DNA of 64,000 nucleotides from an uncultured Myxococcia bacterium (GTDB lineage Bacteria; Myxococcota_A; UBA9042; PHBI01): NCBI GenBank assembly GCA_942493285.1, contig OW818691.1, positions 7,126,484 to 7,190,483 of the forward strand, read 5' to 3'. Shown piece by piece: positions 9,976 to 18,148 of this stretch (position 1 is its first letter; each line of letters starts with the position of its first letter). The notes under the pieces were generated by a model. It saw only the letters and a program-made list of their open reading frames with translations, ran no database searches and was not told where the DNA came from. The position numbers and the translations under genes were made by a program.

Positions 9976-11123
9976 GCGCACGTCTGGCCGCCATCGTGTT
10001 GACGACCCTCCTGGTCGGTTCGGCGCATGCCAACCCCAAGGCCGACGCACTGGCAGTCGAGGGACGTCAGCTCCTCGATCAGGGGGATCTCGGTGGGGCC
10101 GAGGGCAAGCTCAAGCTGGCACTCGAAGTCGAGCGAACCCATGTCCCGGCCAACGTGGAGATGGCCAGGCTGAGCCTGCTACGCAACGAGCTCGCCGCCG
10201 CCCAGCAGTTCGCCAACGTGGCGTTGTCGAAGAACCGCACGGACGCGGGCGCGCTCATCGTCCTCATCCGGGTGCACTCTGCCCAGGACCAGTCCGAGAG
10301 CATCTTCGCGCGTGTTCAGGAGCTGGCCAACCTGTACCGCGATGACCCAGGCGTGCAGCTCGCCTACGGTGAGGCGCTCCTCGCGACGCGCAAGTACGAC
10401 CAGGCGATCCAGGCCGCAACCCGCGTCCTCAAAGCCCAGGAGACCTCCATCCCAGCGATGAAGGTGCTCGCGCGGGCCTACCTCGGTCTCGAGCGGCCGG
10501 TCACCGCGGAGTCCATCATGCTGCGTGCGCTCGAGCTCGAGCGCGACCCCGAGGCGCTGACCCTGTTGGCTGGGATCCGGTTTGGTGAGAAGAACCTCAT
10601 CGAGACCCGCCTGCTCCTCGAGGAAGCGCTGGCTCTGCAGCCGGGTTACGTCGAGGCGCTCAACTCGGTCGGGGTCGTCTATATCGTCGTTCGCAACTGG
10701 GAGTCGGCGCTCAGCTCGTTGAATCGCGCCATCGCCATCGCACCCAACTTCGCAGAGGCCTGGCTCAACCTGGCCAGCGCCCAACGCGGCGCGCGTCAAT
10801 TCGACCAGGCCGAGGCGAGCTGGAAGAGAGCGCTTACGCTCGCCCCCAAAATGGCCGATGTCTGGTATAATCTTGGGATCCTCTACCTCGAGAACCCCAT
10901 CGGACAACGCGACCGGATCCAGCAACTGACCGAGTCCATCAATGCCTTCAACGCCTTCAAAAGAACGGTCACCAACGACCCCAACGTCGACAAGTTCATC
11001 GACGAGGCTCGACTCCTCATGAAGCAGGAGCAGGAGCGGCGCAACGAGCAGCTCAAGCCCAAGCCCGAGGAGGGCGGCGGCACGGGTGGTGAGGAAGGCG
11101 CTGGCGATGAAGGTGGCGGTTGA
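9972..11123 (+). CDS. Secreted TPR-repeat protein (GltE/AglT/NfsE-like)
   Basis: ATG at 9972 overlaps the upstream TGA (ATGA). Signal peptide MSARLAAIVLTTLLVGSAHA. TPR repeats (…AWLNLASAQRGARQFDQAEASWKRAL…VWYNLGILYLEN…). Acidic Gly-rich tail EEGGGTGGEEGAGDEGGG. The longer ORF-track start (9729) lies inside the upstream gene and is rejected. Confidence 0.6.
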   Translation: MSARLAAIVLTTLLVGSAHANPKADALAVEGRQLLDQGDLGGAEGKLKLALEVERTHVPANVEMARLSLLRNELAAAQQFANVALSKNRTDAGALIVLIRVHSAQDQSESIFARVQELANLYRDDPGVQLAYGEALLATRKYDQAIQAATRVLKAQETSIPAMKVLARAYLGLERPVTAESIMLRALELERDPEALTLLAGIRFGEKNLIETRLLLEEALALQPGYVEALNSVGVVYIVVRNWESALSSLNRAIAIAPNFAEAWLNLASAQRGARQFDQAEASWKRALTLAPKMADVWYNLGILYLENPIGQRDRIQQLTESINAFNAFKRTVTNDPNVDKFIDEARLLMKQEQERRNEQLKPKPEEGGGTGGEEGAGDEGGG

Positions 11124-11190
11124 AGACGGTGGCGGTTGAAGACGCACCTCAAGGCCGGGGCCAGTCCGGACCCGACCCAAGGACGACGAC

Positions 11191-11484
11191 ATGAAGCAAG
11201 CTTCCAAGAACTCGAACCCGTCGACTCGCCCCACGCGGCGCTGGTGGACGTCGGCTCTGGTAGTCGCGACGCTGCTGGGAGCTTCATCCGCTCGCGGCGA
11301 GACCCCGGCTCCCCGGGCGCCTCCGCAGATCATCGAGCTGGAGGCCATGGTCATCGAAGGCAAGGTGGCCAAGCCCCAGGTCTTCTACGTGTTGGGTCGC
11401 AGCCGGGTGCAATACGAGAACTTGAAGATGCACCGCGTCTTCGTGGACCGGATTGTCAGTGGTGCAAAGAAGAACCCGTTCTGA
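11191..11484 (+). CDS. Small secreted protein (position equivalent to gltF/nfsF-type small genes)
   Basis: 97 aa with a signal-peptide-like segment (WWTSALVVATLLGASSARG). No recognisable domain. Retained because of operon context and plausible spacing. Confidence 0.4.
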   Translation: MKQASKNSNPSTRPTRRWWTSALVVATLLGASSARGETPAPRAPPQIIELEAMVIEGKVAKPQVFYVLGRSRVQYENLKMHRVFVDRIVSGAKKNPF

Positions 11485-11859
11485 TGGCGTCCAAGTCGGG
11501 TTGGCCCCCATCAAGCGAGCGGCGCATTGTCAGACGGCCCCTTCCGGGTACGCCGACGACGATCCGTCGTGCGACGGGACCGGGTTCGCACCTTGGTTTC
11601 ATGGCCTTTTTGGCCCCGAAGCTGGTCTTGACCATACCCGCCCTTCCGGGTAAGGGTTACAGCGCCTGGGAGGCCATGTCCCGCCCGATAGCCGAGGGGG
11701 ATGCGGTGCAGGCGACCAGTCGGGGTTCGAGCCGCTGGGCCACCCGTACATTCGGGTTCCAAAGAACAGCGTGGCTCGACAGCGGCCGATCGGATAGTTG
11801 ACCGCCCAGCCAATCACGGCGAGTCTGTTTCGAGTTTCTTCTGAGGGAGAGGGGTATCC

Positions 11860-12498
11860 ATGGAGGGCTTTGCTAGGTGGATGACCGATGGTGGAATCTG
11901 GATGTACTTCATCCTGGCCGTCGGAATCCTGGCGTTGGGCGTCGCGGCCGAGCGCTTCATCTTCTTGTTCTTCCGCTACAACATCAACGCGGCTGCGTTC
12001 ATGGGTCAGGTCCAGAAGCTGGTCCTCGCCAACAACGTCGACAAGGCGATCAAGCTCTGCAATGCGGCACCCTCGGCGGCCCTGGCTCGGGTCATCAAGG
12101 CTGGTCTCGCGCAGGCCGGACGCTCTGGAGATGAGATCCAGAACGCGCTGGAAGAGGCGACCCTCGAGGTCAGCCCCATCATCCAGAAGCGCACCCAGTC
12201 CCTCCAGGCCCTGGCCAACATCGCCACGTTGCTTGGTCTGCTCGGTACGATCGACGGCATGATCGACGCGTTCGCGGCGACCGCGGACGAGAAGATTCCT
12301 CAGGCCGAGCGGCCCAAGGAGCTGTCCAAGGCGATCTCGAAGGCCATGTTGACGACCGCCTTTGGCCTCATCATCGCCATTCCGACGATGGGGTTCCATG
12401 TGTTCCTCACCGGCGTGACCAAGCGTATCCTCGACGAGATCGACCTCTACTCGCTCCGGCTCAAGAACATGCTCGTCTCGCGCGGCGGACAGAGCTGA
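11860..12498 (+). CDS. TolQ/ExbB/MotA-family proton channel (AglR-like)
   Basis: 212 aa with 3 TM segments. Family motifs are present (…LANIATLLGLLGTIDGMIDAF… and LTTAFGLIIAIPTMGFHVFL). RBS GGGAGAGGGG upstream of the ATG. Confidence 0.85.
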   Translation: MEGFARWMTDGGIWMYFILAVGILALGVAAERFIFLFFRYNINAAAFMGQVQKLVLANNVDKAIKLCNAAPSAALARVIKAGLAQAGRSGDEIQNALEEATLEVSPIIQKRTQSLQALANIATLLGLLGTIDGMIDAFAATADEKIPQAERPKELSKAISKAMLTTAFGLIIAIPTMGFHVFLTGVTKRILDEIDLYSLRLKNMLVSRGGQS

Positions 12499-12567
12499 GA
12501 GCCTGACGGGGCGGTCCAAGGCCGCGGCGCTCACGAAGAGCGTCGCGACCGACCGGAAGGAGACACG

Positions 12568-13233
12568 ATGGGCAAGCGCGGAAATCGAATGCAGGTCAAG
12601 CTAGAAGACTTGAACCTGATTCCGATCATGGGGGTGATGATCATCCTCATCCCCATGGTCCTCTTCAGCTACAGCTTCGACCAGCTCAAGGTGCAGCAGG
12701 TTGCAACTCCCCGTGTGGGTGCGTCGGCGCCCGCGGCCGGGGCTGCCAAACAGGATGAGAAGGTTCCGCTGAAGCTCGCGGTGCACATCGGGAACGATGG
12801 CTTCAAGATCAAGGCAAACGAGGTCTTTGCCGACCTGTCGTTTCCCGAGATACCCAAGCAGAAGTTCCAGGTCGTGGTGGTGCCAGGTCAGGCCGCTCAG
12901 GCCGTGACGGACTACGATTACCCGCGGCTCTACTCGGTGCTCCGGGCCCTGAAGGACCAGGAACGGTTCAAGGAAGAGGACTCGATCGACGTCAGCGCCG
13001 AGATGAACATCCCGTGGTCGGTCGTTGCGGCGACCATCGATGCGGCCCGGGTGAAGCTCACGACGGCGGATTTCCGGCCGAACGCGAACTACGAGCAGGC
13101 GCTGGAGCTCTATCGGCGGGACAAACCAGTGATGGAGCCGGGGAAGCTGAAGACGGCGGACGGGGTCGCCATCCCGACGACCGTTCCCATGTTTCCCAAG
13201 GTCGTCTTCACGGTGGCCGAGGTTGTCAATTGA
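12568..13233 (+). CDS. TolR/ExbD/MotB-family protein, paralog 1 (AglQ/AglS-like)
   Basis: 221 aa. Single N-terminal TM (…LEDLNLIPIMGVMIILIPMVLF) with the N-x-x-P motif of ExbD/TolR. By eye the canonical TM Asp position is Gly (IMGVM). Periplasmic C-domain. Confidence 0.7.
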   Translation: MGKRGNRMQVKLEDLNLIPIMGVMIILIPMVLFSYSFDQLKVQQVATPRVGASAPAAGAAKQDEKVPLKLAVHIGNDGFKIKANEVFADLSFPEIPKQKFQVVVVPGQAAQAVTDYDYPRLYSVLRALKDQERFKEEDSIDVSAEMNIPWSVVAATIDAARVKLTTADFRPNANYEQALELYRRDKPVMEPGKLKTADGVAIPTTVPMFPKVVFTVAEVVN

Positions 13234-13420
13234 TGCGTTCGCGGCTTTCCGACTCGCAGAGTGGAAAGCCGGGACGTGGCCGAGCCGTTGCTGCCGATCG
13301 TCGTGCGCATCAGCGCGAGCAGTTGTGCAGCAGACACGAGCTACGAGAAAAGCGAGCATCCATGCCCGGGGGCTGTAAGGTCGCTCCGCAGACGGCGTCC
13401 ATTGGGCACCGAGGACACGA

Positions 13421-14053
13421 ATGATGGCCGAGAACACGGAACCAGAAGAGGCGCCGCCGACGTCGAGCCCGAAGAAGGCGAAGCGACACGACGACAGTGT
13501 CAGCCTCAACATCACATCGTTGATGGACGCCATCTCCATCATCCTCTGCTACCTCCTCGTGTCCATCAACTCGGACCCGTGGAGCATCAAGCAGAACCAG
13601 TATCTCTCGCTCGCCCAGTCGACCGTCGATACAGAGCCGCGGGAGTCGATGGCCGTGGTCATCAACCGGCAAGAGATCCTCGTCGACAACACGAAGGTCC
13701 TACCCGTCGACTGCACGACCTCCGCTGCGAAGGGTGCGCGTCAGTGCCGGACCGCCCCGGACTTCGAGTTCGATGACAACAGCTACAGCATCGACAAGGT
13801 CTACAAAGAGGACGGCTCGGAAGAGAGCTTCAAGGTCACAGCCCTTCTGTCGGTGCTTCAGGACAAGCTCGTCGGTGCACGAGAGATGCACAAAGCTCGC
13901 GGCAACGAAGGCGAGTTTCGCGGGATGGCCACGGTCATCTGCGACAAGAACATCCCCTACCGGATGATCGCCGAGGTCATCAACACGATGGGCCAGGCTG
14001 GAATCGAGAACATGCGTTTCGCGATCATGCAGGGTGAGCGCTGGGTTCCCTAG
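13421..14053 (+). CDS. TolR/ExbD/MotB-family protein, paralog 2 (AglQ/AglS-like)
   Basis: 210 aa. TM NITSLMDAISIILCYLLVSI retains the conserved proton-relay Asp (LMDAIS). ExbD-like periplasmic domain. Confidence 0.7.
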   Translation: MMAENTEPEEAPPTSSPKKAKRHDDSVSLNITSLMDAISIILCYLLVSINSDPWSIKQNQYLSLAQSTVDTEPRESMAVVINRQEILVDNTKVLPVDCTTSAAKGARQCRTAPDFEFDDNSYSIDKVYKEDGSEESFKVTALLSVLQDKLVGAREMHKARGNEGEFRGMATVICDKNIPYRMIAEVINTMGQAGIENMRFAIMQGERWVP

Positions 14054-14113
14054 CCTTCCCAACCGCGTCGATTGCACGGGTCGAGGCTCACAGGCTCGCA
14101 CCAGGAGACAGAG

Positions 14114-15553
14114 ATGGTCGCCAACGACAAAATGAAGCTCCTCCGCGTCGCCGTCGTGCAAGACCGCCGGGTGGTGGAAGAGCGCCTCATCCGGGGCGAA
14201 GGTGACATCACCATCGGTACGGGCACGAAGAACACGTTTGTCGTGAAGGGCAACGTGCCCAAGCAGACGACGGTCTTCGAAGGCCGGGGTCACGGGCGCT
14301 TTGCACTCGTGTTCGAGCGGGGCCAGGACGGTCGCATCGAGCTCGAGTCGGGCAGCGACAAGTTCACGCCGAGCGAGCTCGCGGACAAAGGCATGGCCCA
14401 GAAGAAGGGCAAGGCGTTTGCGATCGAGCTGAGCGACAAGGCGCGTGGCAAGGTGTCTGTCGGCGACGTGTCGATCCTGTTCCAGTACGTCGACCCCCCG
14501 AATGCGGCGATGCGTGCACCCCTGCCGATGGCGGTCAAGGGTGGCATCGTCAACCAGATCGAGTGGCCATTCCTCTACATCATGGCGGCCTCGTTCATCC
14601 TCTTCGGAGGGTCGACGACCGGGCTCGACATCTGGTGGAAGCAGACGGGCCAATACTATTACAGCCCGTCCTCGGCCGAGCGCACTCGGCTCTACGATCT
14701 CATCCGGGCCGAGGTGCAGGCCAAGAAAGAGAAGGAGCCCGAGAAGGAGAAGCCGGAAGACGAGAAAAAAGAGGACGCTGCCGTTGCGGCTGAAGCTGCC
14801 GAGGCCGCACCGGCTCCCGAGCCCGAGAAGCCCAAGCCCGGCCCCTCCAAGAAGCCTGCGGCACGAGTCGGCAAGGACGCGCCGCGCGAGACCAACAAGA
14901 CCAAGCTCGCGGCCGCGGTGAAGCAGAAGACCTTCCTCCATGTGCTCGGCACGACCGGTGGCACTGGGCCGGGCGAGCTCGACACACTGGGCGGCGGTGT
15001 TCACGCGCAGAACATCGCGAACGCGTTCGACCTCGAGGGTGGTATTGCCCAGAACCGCGAGAGCGGGGCCGCTGGTGGTGTCTTCGTCGGTGGGCCGCAG
15101 GCGGCCGAGGCGGGTGACGGGCAGAAGTACAAGACCTTGTCGGCAGGCGAGGCCGGCGGCGAGCGCCTCACGACGACCCAGGTCAAGACGGCCGAGAAGG
15201 CCAGTGAAGTGAAGATCAACGCGAACGTGCGAGACGGCTCGGTGTCGGGTCAGGAGGGCGCTGGCTCGATCGACAAGGACTCGGTCGCGCGAGTGTTCTC
15301 GCGCCGCAAGAGCGCCATCAAGTACTGCTATGAGCGGGCGCTCAAGCTGAACTCGAACGTCAAGGGCAAGGTTGTGATTCGTTTCACGATCGGCCCTGCT
15401 GGGCGCATCACCTCGGTCCAGGCGTCGCAGAACACGACGGGTGATCCGGGTATCGCGGACTGCATCATCGAGAAGGTGCAGGGTTGGCGCTTCGACCCGC
15501 CCAGCGGCGGCTCGGTCACGTTCTCGTACCCGTTCCTGCTCGACACGAAGTAA
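14114..15553 (+). CDS. TonB-C-domain membrane protein with cytoplasmic N-terminal domain (GltG/GltJ/NfsG-like)
   Basis: RBS AGGAGA precedes ATG at 14114 (the ORF-track start at 14072 is rejected). About 160-aa N-domain, TM (FLYIMAASFILFGG), K/E-rich then Pro-rich linker, and a C-terminal TonB-C-like fold (…RKSAIKYCYERALKLNSNVKGKVVIRFTIGPAGRITSVQ…GWRFDPP…). Confidence 0.65.
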   Translation: MVANDKMKLLRVAVVQDRRVVEERLIRGEGDITIGTGTKNTFVVKGNVPKQTTVFEGRGHGRFALVFERGQDGRIELESGSDKFTPSELADKGMAQKKGKAFAIELSDKARGKVSVGDVSILFQYVDPPNAAMRAPLPMAVKGGIVNQIEWPFLYIMAASFILFGGSTTGLDIWWKQTGQYYYSPSSAERTRLYDLIRAEVQAKKEKEPEKEKPEDEKKEDAAVAAEAAEAAPAPEPEKPKPGPSKKPAARVGKDAPRETNKTKLAAAVKQKTFLHVLGTTGGTGPGELDTLGGGVHAQNIANAFDLEGGIAQNRESGAAGGVFVGGPQAAEAGDGQKYKTLSAGEAGGERLTTTQVKTAEKASEVKINANVRDGSVSGQEGAGSIDKDSVARVFSRRKSAIKYCYERALKLNSNVKGKVVIRFTIGPAGRITSVQASQNTTGDPGIADCIIEKVQGWRFDPPSGGSVTFSYPFLLDTK

Positions 15554-15695
15554 GGGCTCGAGTGGAGTTCCCGAGCATCCGCCCGAGCATCTGGGTGAGA
15601 GCAGCCACAAGGGCTGCCCCTACTTGATGCAGGCGAGTCCGGGGCGGCCCGTTCGTTGAGCGGCTGTCGGAGCGCGTGTTAGGGTCTGGGCCATC

Positions 15696-16694
15696 GTGAC
15701 GTCGAACGAGAACCCGCCCACGGGCGGTCGGCCGCGTCCCGCAGTGGACGAGCGGCTGAAAATGCCCGAGACACGTTATGAGGTGATCGATGGCGAGGTG
15801 GTCTACGTGAGCCCCGCTGAGTACCCTCATGCCAGTCGCCATTCGAAGCTCTCTGCCCTGCTCGAGGCCTACGTCGCGGATGGATTCGATGCCGTCTGCG
15901 ACATGCTGACACGCACCTCCGAGAAGGGGGACATGGCGCCTGACGGGAGCATCTTCCCGCTCGAGCCGGACCCGGAGACCGAAGGACGGCAGATCGAGCG
16001 CCTCGCGTTCGAGGTCGTGAATACAAACGTCTGCTCGGGTCCTCGGAGCGCCGGAGTCGGGTGCGTCGGGCCTGTGGCCCATCCAAATATCGGCCCAGAG
16101 GACCCGGCGGAGGTCGGAGAGGCCCGAGCGATCCGATCACGTCGCATGCGTTTCGCTCCCTCTGTGGCGCACGAAACGCATAGCGACGTGAGCCTCGAGC
16201 GCCTGAGTCATGCTGGACGTAAGGCCGCGGCGCTAAAGGAGCGGGGTGTCGAGCGGGTCTTCGCGATCGACGTCGAGAGACAGCGGCTGTTGGAGTGGTC
16301 CACTGAGACGGACGCCTGGAGCATGTTGCTCACGAGTGACGTCATCGAGGATCGGTCGTTGGTGGCGCCCATGCCGATCGCGGCGCTCGTCGGGGCGGCG
16401 AGTGAGGACGATGCGATCGCTCAGGCGCTCATCGCGAAGAAGAACCCGGTCCTGCTGGGTGCCGTCGAGGCCCGGTTCGACGAGGGGCGAGACGCGGGCC
16501 GAGACGAAGGCCTCGCGGTGGGCAGGGTCGAGGGTAAAGCAGAGGCTCTGCGTGCGGTGTTGAGCACCCGCGGCCTGGTCTTGAGTGCGGAGCAACGCGC
16601 GCTCCTCGAGAGCTGCAGCGACAACGCGGTGCTCGAGCGGTGGCTCATTCGTGCGGTCACGGCGGCCAACGCGAACGAGGTCTTCGACGGATGA
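15696..16694 (+). CDS. Uma2-family (DUF820) PD-(D/E)XK endonuclease-like protein with DUF4351-like C-terminal tail
   Basis: 332 aa. N-terminal region …VDERLKMPETRYEVIDGEVVYV… matches the Uma2 hallmark (EYLALPE…YELIDGEL). C-terminus (EGRDAGRDEGLAVGRVEGKAEALRAVLSTRGLVLSAEQRALLESCSDNAVLERWLIRAVTAA) resembles the DUF4351 tail seen on Rpn/PD-(D/E)XK proteins. GTG start. Confidence 0.6.
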   Translation: MTSNENPPTGGRPRPAVDERLKMPETRYEVIDGEVVYVSPAEYPHASRHSKLSALLEAYVADGFDAVCDMLTRTSEKGDMAPDGSIFPLEPDPETEGRQIERLAFEVVNTNVCSGPRSAGVGCVGPVAHPNIGPEDPAEVGEARAIRSRRMRFAPSVAHETHSDVSLERLSHAGRKAAALKERGVERVFAIDVERQRLLEWSTETDAWSMLLTSDVIEDRSLVAPMPIAALVGAASEDDAIAQALIAKKNPVLLGAVEARFDEGRDAGRDEGLAVGRVEGKAEALRAVLSTRGLVLSAEQRALLESCSDNAVLERWLIRAVTAANANEVFDG

Positions 16695-16741
16695 GAGCCC
16701 GGCGAGAAATGCCTCGCCGAGCTTTCAAAACGGTCGCCTCA

Positions 16742-18148
16742 TCAAGCAGCTGCGAGCGCTTCCTGGGCGTCGCTGCGCACCCGCTCTGCGTCGGCTGCGC
16801 GCCGCCAACCGCCGGACCTCAGGCGCCACGCGACCACACCCCAGAGCACGATGACCTCGAAGACGATGCCCCACCATGCGCCCGCCGCGCCCATGCCGAC
16901 CTCGCGGGCGAGGAGATAGCCGAGCGGGAGCTTTGCGAGCCAGGCCACCGACACAGTCGCGATGAGGACGAAGCGGGTGTCGCCCGCGCCGTTCAGGACA
17001 CCGAGACCGGTCATCGCGAACGCGTCGAAGAGCTGGAAGAGGGCACTGATGACGAAGAGCTCGACGGCGATCTCGACGACGTCGGGGGTCGCCCCATGGA
17101 TCGCCGTGAGCGGTCCCGGGAAGAGCACGAACACGACGCCGCACGCGCACATGAAGCTCACCGCGATCTTGAGGCCTGCCTTCCGGATATCTGCCACCAG
17201 ATCGATGCGCTTGGCGCCGATGGCCTGACCAACGAGGACGGAGACCGCCTCGCTGATGGCATAGCCCGGGAGAAACGACACCGAGATGGTGCGAACCACG
17301 ATGACGTGTGCCGCGAGGTGGGCGTCGCCCATGGCGGCGAGGATGCCGGTGAAGGTGAGGTAGCTGGCGATCTCGAGGGTGGCGCGTCCGCCGAGCGGGA
17401 AGCCGAGCTTCCAGATGCGTGCGAGCAGTGGGCGCTCGTAGTGGCGCGGTGTCCCCGTCAGCTCGGGGCGCGCGACCCAGAGCAGGTAGAGCGCACCGAA
17501 GCCGAACGAGATGGAGGCCGCGAGACCTGCTCCACCGATGCCCATCTCGGGGATGGGGCCCCACCCATAGATGAACATGGGGTCGAGCACGACGTTGAAG
17601 AGGTTCGCGACAATCATCGCCACCATGGGCGCCACGGTCCGGCCGCGGCCCTGCAGGTACTGCGTCAATGCGGTCATGATGAAGGCCGGGACGCCTCCGA
17701 TGACACGCATGGCGAAGTACTCCTCGGCCAGCGGTGAGACCGCGTCCGAGGCGCCGAGCAGCTGGAGCAGCGGGCCGCCAAGCGGAATGAACAGGAGCTC
17801 GAGGAGCCCCATCCATAACGCGAGCCTCAGCCCGTGCCACAAGAGTCGCCGGGCGTATAGGTCCTCGCCTGCGCCATGGGCTTGCGAGACCGATATCTTC
17901 AAGCCTGTCAGGACGCCGTAGCCAAAGCCGTGGATGGCGTAGAGCAAGACGCCACCTATGCCGGCCGCTGCAAGGTGGGCTTTGCCAAGTGGCCCGACCC
18001 ATAGCGCGTTCACAAAGTTCATCGCCGCGAACGACAACATCGACAGCATGATCGGCCAGGCGATCTCCATGACGTGGGGGATGCCGACGTGCTCTGGCAG
18101 GGTCAGCTTCTTGTGTTTCGTGTCATTCTTTTCGTTGTCCGTAGACAT
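16742..18148 (-). CDS. MATE-family multidrug/toxin efflux transporter
   Basis: 468 aa with 12 predicted TM segments. MATE-like repeats (…MEIAWPIMLSMLSFAAMNFVNALWVGPLG…, …ASYLTFTGILAAMGDAHLAAHVIV…). ATG at 18146-18148 with GAGGAA upstream. Confidence 0.85.
   Translation of the reverse strand: MSTDNEKNDTKHKKLTLPEHVGIPHVMEIAWPIMLSMLSFAAMNFVNALWVGPLGKAHLAAAGIGGVLLYAIHGFGYGVLTGLKISVSQAHGAGEDLYARRLLWHGLRLALWMGLLELLFIPLGGPLLQLLGASDAVSPLAEEYFAMRVIGGVPAFIMTALTQYLQGRGRTVAPMVAMIVANLFNVVLDPMFIYGWGPIPEMGIGGAGLAASISFGFGALYLLWVARPELTGTPRHYERPLLARIWKLGFPLGGRATLEIASYLTFTGILAAMGDAHLAAHVIVVRTISVSFLPGYAISEAVSVLVGQAIGAKRIDLVADIRKAGLKIAVSFMCACGVVFVLFPGPLTAIHGATPDVVEIAVELFVISALFQLFDAFAMTGLGVLNGAGDTRFVLIATVSVAWLAKLPLGYLLAREVGMGAAGAWWGIVFEVIVLWGVVAWRLRSGGWRRAADAERVRSDAQEALAAA

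Noticed and set aside
15696-18148. Mobile element/genomic island around the Uma2-like gene and MATE pump
   Set aside because: There is no transposase, integrase, tRNA target or terminal inverted/direct repeat. GC content is not visibly atypical.
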